The notes under the pieces: generated by a model
What the model saw: the letters and a program-made list of their open reading frames with translations, nothing else
Databases searched by the model: none
What the model was told of the DNA's origin: nothing
In this document: positions 18,591 through 28,846 of the stretch, piece after piece
Numbering within the stretch: the first letter of the stretch is position 1
Layout: each line of letters begins with the position of its first letter
Made by a program: the position numbers and the translations under genes
Assembly: GCA_964385105.1 (NCBI GenBank)
Contig: CAYLMU010000001.1
Location: 130,252 to 194,251 of the forward strand
DNA: 64,000 nucleotides
From: an uncultured Candidatus Saccharibacteria bacterium
GTDB taxonomy: Bacteria; Patescibacteriota; WWE3; UBA101185; UBA10185
Direction: 5' to 3'

Positions 18591-20039
18591 GAATTTGCTA
18601 TAAACGTTCAAAAAAAGTATAAAAAATGCAACAATTCCGGTACCTGCCAAACTTATTAAAATAAAATATTGTTCGGCTGCAAACAGGCTGATTATTCCAA
18701 ACAATGCGGTTGTTGCCCAGTAAAATAAAGAAATTCTTCTTACACCCCAGCCCCGCTTGTGCAATAGATGGTGCAAATGCCCTTGATCCCCTCTAAATGG
18801 GTTTTTCTTTTTTAACACCCGTTTTATAAATGTTACTACTGCATCCAAAAACGGCACTAAAATTATCATTACCGAAATAGCTATTTTTCCGCCAATGAGT
18901 ACCGACAAGGTTGCAATAACTAAACCTGCAGCAGTTGCACCAAATCCCCACATAATTTTTGATGGATACCAATTAAATCTTGTTAATCCAATAGAAATTC
19001 CTGATGCAAGAATAGCAAGTTTTGCTGTGCTTATGTGAATTGGCTCAAGAGGTTCAAATCTAAGTGCAAGTAAGGCAATAACTATGCAAGCTATAGCTAC
19101 AATTCCGCCAAACTGACCGTCGACCCCATTTGACCATGAAAGTACATTTAATACCCAAACAAACCACAAAACCGTAAATAAAATTGAAGCCCATCCAATA
19201 ACATTTTCGCCAATTGCAACAGTATATTGTGAGAAGTCAAAAATTCCGCCCAATGGACTACTTATATAATCTATTCTTATACCCATATAAACCGGAATCA
19301 TAACCACAACAAACAAAATTAATAAACGAACAAGCGGATTTTCCAATATCACAAGCCGAGTATGGCTATGTGTGTTCTGGTAGTCGTCGGCCAACCCTAA
19401 AAGTGCTAAAACTGCAACTCCTATATATATACCCAACAAAAGATTAGAAGAGCCTACAAACACAAGCCCCAAAAATAACAGTATTATTGTAAAAATAAAT
19501 CCGCCTCCACGCACTGCAGGAGTTCTTAAAAGCATTGCCGGGTGTATATGGACTTCAGGATTTGTTTCTATGCCTTTATCTTTGAAATACTCTATAAACC
19601 AGGGAGTTACTGTATTAGTTACCACAATAGCTATAAAAAATGGAATCAATAGCGCCGAATATTTTGGATCAATTGCTGAAGCTAGAGGTGATGAGGCCAC
19701 CTGCACAATTCTATAAATAGAAAACGCAAGCAAAACATTTGCAAATGTTGTAGCAAAAAGCACAAGCTTTTCGGCATACATTAAAAAATAACTTTTGGCA
19801 TTAAAATAGAGCATTAATGCAAAAGGTACAAGTAACGCACTTGCCATTGGAATTAGAAATAAATTAATTTTAGGGGCTAATTGATCGTCTCCCCATTGTT
19901 TTGTGTAATAAAAAGGAATGAGTTCGTTTATGCTTTCATATCTTAATGCCACATACAAAACTTGAAACAATACAAGTGCAATATTAATTAAAAAGAAATT
20001 GAGCAGTTCTTTAGGTATATGTCTAAACCTGGTATCCAT
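18576..20039 (-). CDS. MraY/WecA-family (GT4) polyprenyl-phosphate transferase with an extra N-terminal membrane domain
   Basis: RGGG, GLADD, NGVDG and DQGHLHH motifs. Confidence 0.88.
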   Translation of the reverse strand: MDTRFRHIPKELLNFFLINIALVLFQVLYVALRYESINELIPFYYTKQWGDDQLAPKINLFLIPMASALLVPFALMLYFNAKSYFLMYAEKLVLFATTFANVLLAFSIYRIVQVASSPLASAIDPKYSALLIPFFIAIVVTNTVTPWFIEYFKDKGIETNPEVHIHPAMLLRTPAVRGGGFIFTIILLFLGLVFVGSSNLLLGIYIGVAVLALLGLADDYQNTHSHTRLVILENPLVRLLILFVVVMIPVYMGIRIDYISSPLGGIFDFSQYTVAIGENVIGWASILFTVLWFVWVLNVLSWSNGVDGQFGGIVAIACIVIALLALRFEPLEPIHISTAKLAILASGISIGLTRFNWYPSKIMWGFGATAAGLVIATLSVLIGGKIAISVMIILVPFLDAVVTFIKRVLKKKNPFRGDQGHLHHLLHKRGWGVRRISLFYWATTALFGIISLFAAEQYFILISLAGTGIVAFFILFLNVYSKFLNRS

Positions 20040-20040
20040 T

Positions 20041-21597
20041 TTATTTTCTTATTTTAGGCGTATGATAAAGTTCTTTCATCTTCTTACCAAACATCATACG
20101 TGTTTGTGCGTCAACAAAGGGAATAAATGAGTAGGTAAGCAGATTTACTATAACAAGCGGACCTTCTAACAAAACGAGGGCTTTTTTCCACATAGGCCAC
20201 TCAGCGGGCATTGGCTTTGAGATTTTTGACCTTAATATAATTCCGGGAATCAAAAAAACCATCGTGAATGTAAGAATTATACTGGTTACATGTGGAAGGC
20301 TATAAGCAAAATTAGTTTGTTTTATGTCGGGGTTAACTAGTGTTGCAATACCAAACCCGAAAGTTATTAAAAATGCCAGATTTATTAAAAATACACGCGT
20401 TCGTAAATGATGAATCACCCATGCCAGTTTTTTGCTACGTGAAATTTTGTCGTTTTTCATAAATTCTTTTACAGACAGCGGAAAATCAATTACACCATAA
20501 CCCCACCTTAAAAGTTGCTTGTACATACTTCGATATGAATCCCAATAAGTTTTGCCCTGAACAGCATCGGCAGAAATAGGAATATAATGGGCGACTCCTG
20601 TAAAATCACCGTTTCTTGCAAAATATGCCCGCCAATAATAAATTGTATCGTCGATACCAAGAGATGGGTCCCAGTAATCAGCGTCAATTAATGTTTGTAC
20701 AGATGTAGTGTATGCCGAGAAAGTTTTTCGTGAGCTTGAACCTCCGGATCTGTGAAGGGCCCAGTCAGAAAGCGATCCTACCGTTACAAAGTTTGCTTCA
20801 ATCCTCATCATAGCAGGAACCTTCCAAGTATTGTTGTTAAAAGTCATAACAGCAGTTGTATAAAATTTATGGTCGCGTTTGTTCGATGTTAAATATAAAT
20901 GGGTTGTTCGGGCAAAAAATTGTTCGTGCAGTACATGGTCGCAGTCTATTGTTGTAAAAACATAATTTCTTAAGTTTGCACCTGAATTCTTTAAGGTTTC
21001 TACTGCTTTAAGCGCGCCCCACCTTCTGTTTGCACCGGCCACACCTTTAGCTTCACCTTCAATCCCTGCCGGATGTACAAAAAACATAACTTTATCAAGC
21101 ATGTTTTCTCGTCCGTCAATAGCATTATCAATAGTTTTCTTAACCTGTTCTGCATATTTTTCTTCGGCGGTAAAAATGAGTGTTGTTTGAGTTGATGGAA
21201 ATGTTTGATTAAATATTGAATCTACCGACGGTTTTATAACTTCTAGCGGCTCGTTTACCACCGGAATAAGTAAAAAATGTTTAACATCTTTTAAACTAGG
21301 CGGAAGTGTTTCTTTCTCGGGGAGTTCATCAAAGTTAAGCTTTTTTAATTCTTCCATCCAGTCGGCCGTAATTTCTTTTTTGTATCGTCTATATCCGATA
21401 AATCCTTGAAATGTGCCAGTTATAGCCAAATACGACCAGTAAATAGTTACAAATGTCAGTAAATAAACCATTGCAGGATAATAGATTAACGACAGCCAAA
21501 TCGGTGACAATATGATAGTCCAGGTAAGTATACCGGGTATCATTTCGAGCAGGCGTTGAACCTTTTTATCATGTTTTATAACAAATTTTGCAACCAT
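20041..21597 (-). CDS. Membrane glycosyltransferase family 2
   Basis: DCD, IDD and QLLRW motifs with flanking TM helices. Confidence 0.85.
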   Translation of the reverse strand: MVAKFVIKHDKKVQRLLEMIPGILTWTIILSPIWLSLIYYPAMVYLLTFVTIYWSYLAITGTFQGFIGYRRYKKEITADWMEELKKLNFDELPEKETLPPSLKDVKHFLLIPVVNEPLEVIKPSVDSIFNQTFPSTQTTLIFTAEEKYAEQVKKTIDNAIDGRENMLDKVMFFVHPAGIEGEAKGVAGANRRWGALKAVETLKNSGANLRNYVFTTIDCDHVLHEQFFARTTHLYLTSNKRDHKFYTTAVMTFNNNTWKVPAMMRIEANFVTVGSLSDWALHRSGGSSSRKTFSAYTTSVQTLIDADYWDPSLGIDDTIYYWRAYFARNGDFTGVAHYIPISADAVQGKTYWDSYRSMYKQLLRWGYGVIDFPLSVKEFMKNDKISRSKKLAWVIHHLRTRVFLINLAFLITFGFGIATLVNPDIKQTNFAYSLPHVTSIILTFTMVFLIPGIILRSKISKPMPAEWPMWKKALVLLEGPLVIVNLLTYSFIPFVDAQTRMMFGKKMKELYHTPKIRK

Positions 21598-21613
21598 AAG
21601 TAGTTTTTAGTAA

Positions 21614-22417
21614 CTAGTTCTCAAGCATCAGACCAAAAACATTTGCAGTGTTTTTGCTTGTTGTTTCAGCAATTTCTTCAAACGGCAGGTTTTTAGTTTC
21701 GGCAACTTTCAGTGCGACTATTTTAACATTTTTAGGTTCGTTAAGTATTTTTGCTCCCGAAGCGTCAACTTGTGCAATACCCTTTGGCAAAATATATGGA
21801 GCATCGGTTTCTACCAGTATTTTATTTAGCGGTGTTTTTTTTACTGTTTCGAGTAAATAGTTTTTGCTGTTATAAGTTATAAACCCCGAAAAAGAAATGT
21901 AAAACCCGCAGTCTAAAAAATTTTTAGCCAAGTTCCAGTCACCGTCAAAGCAGTGGGCCACACCTCGTAAACCCTGCGGAACGTATTTTTTGATTAACTC
22001 AATTATTTTTTCGTCTCCATTTCGATTGTGAATAATTATTGGTAAATTTTTTCGTAGAGCAAGTTGGATTTGTCTCTCAAAGAGTTCCATTTGTTGATCC
22101 ATAGGCCTTTGGTTTGGAAATTTTGTTATATCAAGTCCGCATTCACCCAAGGCCACAATTTTTGGTAACGAGTCAATTTGTGTTTTAAGTGCTTTTACCA
22201 GGTCTTGCGGGGTTTGGTTTAAGTTACTATTTGGATAAATTGCAATAGCTGCATAAACATTATTAAATTTTTCGGCTATAGTTGTTGTGTGAATATTGTC
22301 TTCAAGTGTAGTTCCAATGTTTATACACGCAGTCACACTTTCATCAAGTGCATTTTTTAGAATAAGTTCGGTTTCTGTTGTGTTATGGGGCAGGTGGCAA
22401 TGCGAATCTATTAGCAT
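21614..22417 (-). CDS. tatD: TatD family hydrolase
   Basis: DSHCH, GECGLD, HNR, HCF and ETDAPY motifs. Confidence 0.93.
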   Translation of the reverse strand: MLIDSHCHLPHNTTETELILKNALDESVTACINIGTTLEDNIHTTTIAEKFNNVYAAIAIYPNSNLNQTPQDLVKALKTQIDSLPKIVALGECGLDITKFPNQRPMDQQMELFERQIQLALRKNLPIIIHNRNGDEKIIELIKKYVPQGLRGVAHCFDGDWNLAKNFLDCGFYISFSGFITYNSKNYLLETVKKTPLNKILVETDAPYILPKGIAQVDASGAKILNEPKNVKIVALKVAETKNLPFEEIAETTSKNTANVFGLMLEN

Positions 22418-22478
22418 AAAACTTTAAACATTATACAATATGCCCATGAACAATAAGCTCGGAGAAATAAATAATCCT

Positions 22479-23483
22479 ATGCGAATTTTGGGAATTGAAA
22501 CATCATGCGATGAGACCGCGGCAGCTATTGTTGAAAATGGTGTACATGAGGTTGCAAGTGTAGTTGCAAGTTCAAGAGAATTGCACGAAAAAACAGGAGG
22601 TGTGGTACCAGAGGTTGCAGCACGCAAACAGGTTGAATCAATAGTGCCGGTTTTGAATGAGGTGCTAGAAGTTGCAAAAATGACCCAAAATGATATAGAT
22701 GCACTTGCAGTAACTGTGGGTCCGGGATTAATAGGTTCTTTGCTGGTTGGTGTTGAGGCGGCAAAGGCTTTGTCATTGGCATGGAGCAAACCTTTAATTC
22801 CTGTGAATCATTTGGTAGGGCACATTTACGCCAATTTTGTAGATAACCCTAAACCTGTTGAACTTCCTGCGGTTGCTTTGGTTGTTAGCGGTGGTCACAC
22901 CGACCTGGTTTTAATGCAGAATCACGGTAACTTGCAGTATTTAGGCGGAACACTTGACGATGCCGCGGGGGAAGCTTTTGACAAAACTGCCAGGTTGTTA
23001 GGTTTGGCTGACTATCTTGGTGGGCCTTTGTTGTCAGCGGTGGCTGAAAAATGCGAAGACACAACATTAACGGGTACATTGCCAAGACCAAAAATAAATG
23101 ACAATGACTTGGATTTTTCGTTTTCGGGTTTAAAAACTGCTGTAAAAAGATTAGTTGAAAAAAATGACTTGCCTGTGGAATGTGTGGCAAAAGAGTTTGA
23201 GGACGCGGTTGTGGATGTGCTGGTTAAAAAAACTTTAGACGCTGTGAAGCAAAATAATGTGCAAACAATTTTGCTGGGCGGAGGAGTTTCGGCAAATTCG
23301 CAATTACGTAAGCGCCTGGGGGATGAAGCTGAAAAATTAGGTTTTGTGTTGCATATTCCGCCAATGCCATTGTGTACAGACAATGCAGTGTATATTGCAT
23401 CGGCAGCGTATTTTAGCAGTGTAAAAAAACCTTTAGCCGAAATTCAGGCCGATCCGGGACTGGGGATTACGGATTTGGTTTAA
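22479..23483 (+). CDS. tsaD: tRNA N6-threonylcarbamoyltransferase
   Basis: GIETSCDET, GPGL, HLVGH, SGGHT, DDAAGEAFDK and TDNA motifs. Confidence 0.97.
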   Translation: MRILGIETSCDETAAAIVENGVHEVASVVASSRELHEKTGGVVPEVAARKQVESIVPVLNEVLEVAKMTQNDIDALAVTVGPGLIGSLLVGVEAAKALSLAWSKPLIPVNHLVGHIYANFVDNPKPVELPAVALVVSGGHTDLVLMQNHGNLQYLGGTLDDAAGEAFDKTARLLGLADYLGGPLLSAVAEKCEDTTLTGTLPRPKINDNDLDFSFSGLKTAVKRLVEKNDLPVECVAKEFEDAVVDVLVKKTLDAVKQNNVQTILLGGGVSANSQLRKRLGDEAEKLGFVLHIPPMPLCTDNAVYIASAAYFSSVKKPLAEIQADPGLGITDLV

Positions 23484-23499
23484 TTTTTTGTATAAGGAA

Positions 23500-23531
23500 G
23501 TGGCCACTTCAAGTTTTGGTGAAGTGGCCAC
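23500..23531. terminator. Hairpin between convergent genes
   Basis: Perfect 12-bp stem GTGGCCACTTCA/TGAAGTGGCCAC. Confidence 0.65.
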
Positions 23532-23549
23532 ATGTAAGTAAGACAGTGC

Positions 23550-23948
23550 TTAGCGTCTACTCATAATATACTCATTTGGGAAGTCTTTATTGTACCTTCG
23601 GTACAGATTGATAGCAGCCTCCATTTGCTCTACGGTTAGTCTTGGATTAGCTGATTCCAAACGACTATAAAAAGGACTTTTGGGATCATAACCATCCCAA
23701 GTATGAGCTTCGTCCATTATGGTTTCCTTCAGGTGCGGCAAATCATATCCAAGAAAGATAGGACCAAACTTTCTCTCATTTTGTATCACCCACACTTGGC
23801 ACTCCTCTTCAAGCAACGGCACAGCAAATTCCATTATTTCACGACCAGGATTAAATCCGACATATCCAAATATGATTTTCAAACCAATCTGTGTACCCTT
23901 TCGCGAGATTTTATCGTACAACCAGGAACGAACCACGTTATCAGTCAT
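23550..23948 (-). CDS. Hypothetical protein
   Basis: AAGGAGAG RBS before ATG 23948. Confidence 0.65.
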   Translation of the reverse strand: MTDNVVRSWLYDKISRKGTQIGLKIIFGYVGFNPGREIMEFAVPLLEEECQVWVIQNERKFGPIFLGYDLPHLKETIMDEAHTWDGYDPKSPFYSRLESANPRLTVEQMEAAINLYRRYNKDFPNEYIMSRR

Positions 23949-24101
23949 GTAACTCTCCTTTTTTGTATGTGGGGTTTGTAAACATTTGGGAGTATATATT
24001 AATGCGTGCAATTCTGCAACCTATAGTAACAAATGTGCGTCTGAACGATGAAAAAAGACTCCTTATGCGGACGATAAGGAGTCAAGGTTAATTGATGTTT
24101 T

Positions 24102-24269
24102 TCAGAATAGTTGTGTAGCTACAATAATAACCGCTATTACCAACAGGCCAAGCATAACTAGCAGCAGAGCGTCCTTTGGCACTTTTCTCTCATTAACATG
24201 ATGTAATGCAACTTCAAATGCCCTGTTAGCAATAAACGGTAAAGTCTCGTCATTACTTAAGTAGTCCAT
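24102..24269 (-). CDS. 55-aa tail-anchored microprotein (not in ORF track)
   Basis: AAAGGAG RBS; MDYLSNDETLPF...LLLVMLGLLVIAVIIVATQLF; terminator at 24051-24083. Confidence 0.65.
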   Translation of the reverse strand: MDYLSNDETLPFIANRAFEVALHHVNERKVPKDALLLVMLGLLVIAVIIVATQLF

Positions 24270-24397
24270 TGTTTAACTCCTTTTTGGCTGTGTTTAGGGG
24301 GAATTATAAGATATTGAATTGAGTTAGTAAACAAAAAAAACCGCCACTAGTGTAAATGGTGACGGTTTTGAGCAGGCAGCGATGATCACATGATGTA

Positions 24398-24667
24398 CTA
24401 CATAAATACTAATCCGCGCAAAGCAAGTCCTACAAATCTCAATTTCACTCTTAGCGAATCTTGTTTTGAACTCATGTCTATGAGTAAACCAAGAAATGCA
24501 ATGAAATCAGGATGTATGTCCCCGTTTTGCAAGGCCTGAATAGCTTGAGCTACAGGCCCTGTTTGACATTCCGCTTTGACACCTTTCACTATATGCAGCA
24601 TAGCCAAAGCAATGTCATTTCGCGTAAAAGCTTTTACGTTCATACTACTTACCGAACTAGCCATCAT
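24398..24667 (-). CDS. Hypothetical protein
   Basis: AAAGGAG RBS; terminator at 24333-24369. Confidence 0.55.
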   Translation of the reverse strand: MMASSVSSMNVKAFTRNDIALAMLHIVKGVKAECQTGPVAQAIQALQNGDIHPDFIAFLGLLIDMSSKQDSLRVKLRFVGLALRGLVFM

Positions 24668-24739
24668 CCTATACTCCTTTTTCAAAAGCGTTTAATAAAA
24701 AAGTCCATCTAGCCCGTAGTATAATCTAAAAAACTTAAA

Positions 24740-25990
24740 TTATAAAGTGCTTGAGTTTATAAATGTTTCTAAATCAATCAAACTGCTTTCAGTTTCGGAA
24801 CGTCTTTTGTATTCAACTTGATTTCCGGTTTTTCTTGAAACCACAATTCTGTGGGGTATGCCTATTAAATCAGCTTCGGCAAATTTTTCTCCGACACCGG
24901 TATCTGCCCGGTCATCAAACAAAACCTCAATCTCGGCATTTTGTAGCTTTTCGTAAACATTTTGAGCGTTCGCTACAACCGTTTCATCTTCAAGATTCAG
25001 CCCAACTAAATGCACTTTAAAAGGTGCTACCGGTTCAGGCCATAAAATACCCTTTTCGTCGTGAAAGGTTTCAACAATTGCCCCCATAACCCTGCTTGAC
25101 CCGATACCGTAACATCCCATGTAAACCGGGTTTTCAGTTCCTTTTTCGTCAGTGTAGGTATAGCCAAATGCATCACTATATTTTGTATTTAAAGGAAAAA
25201 TATTGCCAACCTCAGACGCTGGAAACATTTCGTATTCATCTTCGCTCAAGTTACTAACATCTGGGGCGACTTCTTTGTTGTAATACACGTCTTCAGACTT
25301 AATGTAATAAATTGTATCTTCGCCTGTTGCACACTTTGTTTGAAATTCATGTGAAAATTGTTCGGTAAAATCCCCGCCTGATGCTAAAGCTATAACCGTA
25401 ACGTTGCCCATACCTAAACGTTCATAAATTGTTGTATAAACCTTTTTAATTTCGGCATAAAACCTGAGCAAGTCTTCTTCTGATGTGTGGAAACTGTATA
25501 AATCTTTCATTCTAAACTCGCGGCCGCGCAATAAACCTGATTTTGGACGTGCCTCGTTTCTAAATTTTGTTTGAATTTGGTAAACGGCAAACGGCAGTTC
25601 TTTGTAGCTAAATTTAAACTGTTTTGCCAATGGAGTGACTATTTCTTCGTGGGTTGGGCTTAAAATATATGTTCCGCTGTTTAAAGCTTGTGACTCTTTG
25701 GTTGCTCCGGATGCTTTAAAAAGTGTATCGTAAGTGTCTATTCTGCCTGTTTTTTCCCAGTTTTCGGTTGGGGCAAGTGTCGGCATTAAAATTTCATTTG
25801 CAACCTTATTCATTTCTTCACGAATTATATTTTCAATTTTTGCTAAAACTTTATTACCTAAGGGCAGGTAAGTATAAACACCTGACATTGTCTGATCAAT
25901 AAAGCCGCCTTTAATTAAATAGGTAGCGTTTACAGAATCATACTCTTTTGTACTTTTTTTAGGTCGGGCAAAAAGTTGGGTATACCGCAT
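24740..25990 (-). CDS. proS: Proline--tRNA ligase (compact)
   Basis: PTHEE, FRNEARP.SGLLRGREF.MKD, EVGNIF and MGCYGIG motifs. Confidence 0.96.
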   Translation of the reverse strand: MRYTQLFARPKKSTKEYDSVNATYLIKGGFIDQTMSGVYTYLPLGNKVLAKIENIIREEMNKVANEILMPTLAPTENWEKTGRIDTYDTLFKASGATKESQALNSGTYILSPTHEEIVTPLAKQFKFSYKELPFAVYQIQTKFRNEARPKSGLLRGREFRMKDLYSFHTSEEDLLRFYAEIKKVYTTIYERLGMGNVTVIALASGGDFTEQFSHEFQTKCATGEDTIYYIKSEDVYYNKEVAPDVSNLSEDEYEMFPASEVGNIFPLNTKYSDAFGYTYTDEKGTENPVYMGCYGIGSSRVMGAIVETFHDEKGILWPEPVAPFKVHLVGLNLEDETVVANAQNVYEKLQNAEIEVLFDDRADTGVGEKFAEADLIGIPHRIVVSRKTGNQVEYKRRSETESSLIDLETFINSSTL

Positions 25991-26172
25991 ATGTTGCTAT
26001 TGTACACTATTAATGATTCGATTTTTATACTTTTCTTTTATTTTTTTATTTTGGGGTCAGTAACTATAAAACAATATGGTTGAGTGGGAGTTGTTTTCAT
26101 AAAAAATCACCGATCTATATTGAGTACACCAAAAGCATCATCCTCTAAATGCGGCTTTTTGAGTATTGTTCA

Positions 26173-26712
26173 TTATTTAAGAGAATTTAAAATACTTAAT
26201 TGTTCATTTATTGTGGTAAGAGGGTCGGCACCATAAGTTACCAATAGTTTGTCGTTTGGTTCAATGACTCTGTCTAGCGCGTGTGGTGTTAGAGTGCCGT
26301 TTAAATAAAACTTTAGCTCATGTACATCTCTATTACAAAGAGTTTGCCCGGTGCCCGTTACAATGCATTCTGAAGTGAGTTTAAACGGGGCAGGCATTGT
26401 GTCAAAAAATTCCTGCCACGTTACCTTTTCATTTACAGTTATGATGTAAGGAGTTGTACCTTCAATAAAAACTTTTTCAGATCTCTTGTGGTAAATGGTC
26501 GGCCAAAAATCCCGTCTTAGGCTATTGGTGAACACCAGGAATGTTGCAGTATAAGGTAGATTAGAGTCGTTAGATATTGAGGGGGAAGTAATTGTTTTAA
26601 GCAATTTATCTGTTTCTAATTTGGTTTTGTAAAAATTATATTGATGCACGTTAAAAGCAATAATTCCGGTGAATATAGCAATGAGCAGTAATAAAACAGT
26701 AATTTTTGTCAC
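26173..26712 (-). CDS. Membrane-anchored hypothetical protein
   Basis: N-terminal TM; C-terminal LKFYLNG...DKLLVTYG. Confidence 0.7.
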   Translation of the reverse strand: MTKITVLLLLIAIFTGIIAFNVHQYNFYKTKLETDKLLKTITSPSISNDSNLPYTATFLVFTNSLRRDFWPTIYHKRSEKVFIEGTTPYIITVNEKVTWQEFFDTMPAPFKLTSECIVTGTGQTLCNRDVHELKFYLNGTLTPHALDRVIEPNDKLLVTYGADPLTTINEQLSILNSLK

Positions 26713-26777
26713 TAAATAAAATAATACATGAATTAATACTATTGTTAAATACGATTTTGTATATTATTTTTAATAAA

Positions 26778-28016
26778 ATGCATCCTAAACTTTCACGCTC
26801 TATAATTTTGTATTTATGTTTAGTGTTTTTTTATAATATCTTTTACTTTTATAGCAAAATGGACGCCTTCACCAGTACAACAACAATTTACATTTTTTTC
26901 TGAAGCTTTGCTGCAAGGAAAATTATATTTTCTTGATAATTCAAGCCCCTGGTCTGACGCAACTTTTCATAACGGGCAGTATTATTGGCCACTTAGGATA
27001 TTTCCGGCAATTTTGTTAATGCCTTTTTCATGGGTTGCAAATAATTTATTTGGAATACATTTTTGGCAAGGCTATATACATTTTCCGCTAATTATCGCAA
27101 TATTTATTCTGGTTAAAAAACTGGCGAGGATTTATAACTTTAGTTCAGATGATTCTTATTATTTGGCATTTGCATTTTGTTTTGCTTCCGTAATGCAGTT
27201 TGTTTCATTTAATCCTTTGAGCTGGTATTATTCTCACGCAGTTGCCGTATTTTTTACATTTTTAGCCATTTATGAATATAAAACTAAAAATAGAATGTGG
27301 TTGATTGGGTTGTTTATGGCATTTGTATTCATGACCCGATACACTGCCGGAATAACGTCTATTTTCTTTGCATTGTCGGTAGTTACAAAAAATATTAATT
27401 TAAGTAAAAAGGTAAATGATTTGTTGCAGCTTTTTTTGCCCATTGCTTTGGCAGGGATTTTTTTGTTAATACTTAATCATGTTAGATTTGGGAATATTTT
27501 TGATAACGGGTATAAGAGTGTAAATAATGCTTTATTAACTGATGAACAAAGATTTGAGTTATTAAATTATGGATTATTTCAATTAAGAAATATTCCCACA
27601 AATTTCTATTATTATTTTATAAAAACAGTTGACCCGATTCTTGTAAATTTTGAAAGTCTTCATGGAAATACATTTGTTTTAAGTTTCCTTATGTTAAAGC
27701 TGGTTATCCCAGTGTAGGGTTTTTTGTAGTTGCACCCATTTATTTATATATTTTTAGGTCAAAGCTTACGCACGAAGTTAAATTGGCGTTAGTTCCTGTG
27801 TTTTTAACACTTTTTATTCTTTTAACATATTATTGGCCGGGATGGACTCAAGTGGGGCCACGGTATACTCTTGATTTTTTACCAATTCTCACACTTGTAC
27901 TATTTGAGTCGTTTCGAGAGTCAAAGTTATCAAGTTTTGCAAAAGGCATAATAATTTTTAGCGCATTTTTTAATCTTTATTTGTTTGTTACTGTTGTTTC
28001 CCCAAGGTTTGTTTAA
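26778..28016 (+). pseudogene. Multi-TM GT-C-like membrane glycosyltransferase with two frameshifts
   Basis: Three ORF pieces join if one T is removed in the T7 run at 26826-26832 and one A is added near 27681; ends with GWTQVGPRYTLD. Confidence 0.7.
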
Positions 28017-28032
28017 TGTGTACAATAAAGTT

Positions 28033-28497
28033 ATGAAAAAATTACAAGCTTCAATAAAAATAAATGCACCTAAAGAAAAAGTTTGGCACACCATGCTTGA
28101 TAATCAAACATATCGTCAATGGACTGAAGTATTTCATCCTGGATCATATTACAAAGGTAATTGGGAAAAAGATTCAAAAATGTTATTTCTTGGTCCAAAT
28201 CCTGAAACAGGTGAAGAAGGCGGAATGATTGCAAAGGTTGTAGAAAATAAGCCATATGAATATATATCTTTAGAACATGTAGGTATTATTAACAATGGTG
28301 TTGAAGATACAACAAGTGATGAGGTTGCAAAATGGACGCCGGCTTTTGAGAATTATACCTTTACCGAAGAAAACGGAGTTACTACAGTATCAATTGAGAT
28401 GGATGTTTTGGAAGAGCATATGGAAATGTTTAATCAAATGTGGCCTGAAGCATTGGAGAAGTTGAAAGAGATTGCTGAGAAGGGTAGTGAGGGCTAA
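28033..28497 (+). CDS. SRPBCC/AHSA1 domain protein
   Basis: I.APKEKVW...Y..W, ENYTF and WPEALEKLKE motifs. Confidence 0.88.
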   Translation: MKKLQASIKINAPKEKVWHTMLDNQTYRQWTEVFHPGSYYKGNWEKDSKMLFLGPNPETGEEGGMIAKVVENKPYEYISLEHVGIINNGVEDTTSDEVAKWTPAFENYTFTEENGVTTVSIEMDVLEEHMEMFNQMWPEALEKLKEIAEKGSEG

Positions 28498-28540
28498 TTT
28501 GTTGCAAGTGGGTATAGGAACAAGTCTTATTACATTACTG

Positions 28541-28843
28541 TTATTTATTGTCAGAATCTCCACTAGGTGCAACTAAAATATTTAAGTTAAGAAATAGATA
28601 TTGCTTAAAAGCTGCCCAGAAGTCTTTATTACTATTATCAATTAGGATTTCGGAATAATTTTCTTTTACAGATAGATTAACAATGTCGATTCCTACTGAA
28701 GTAACAGCTCTGCTAAGTACTGGTAAATATTTGTCATTTACTAAAGGTGATACGTCAATCTTTATTTTAGTAAAATCATCACTTAATTTTATTTTTCCGA
28801 GAAGAGTAGCTTTATCTAATTTTAGTAAGTTGTATTCTTTCAT
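28541..28843 (-). CDS. Hypothetical protein (100 aa)
   Basis: Starts 3 bp after the stop of the upstream metallopeptidase-like gene. Confidence 0.65.
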   Translation of the reverse strand: MKEYNLLKLDKATLLGKIKLSDDFTKIKIDVSPLVNDKYLPVLSRAVTSVGIDIVNLSVKENYSEILIDNSNKDFWAAFKQYLFLNLNILVAPSGDSDNK

Positions 28844-28846
28844 ATG

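Noticed and set aside
22424-23383. Several minus-strand ORFs within tsaD, and similar short ORFs inside other long genes
   Set aside because: Shadow ORFs opposite well-supported conserved genes
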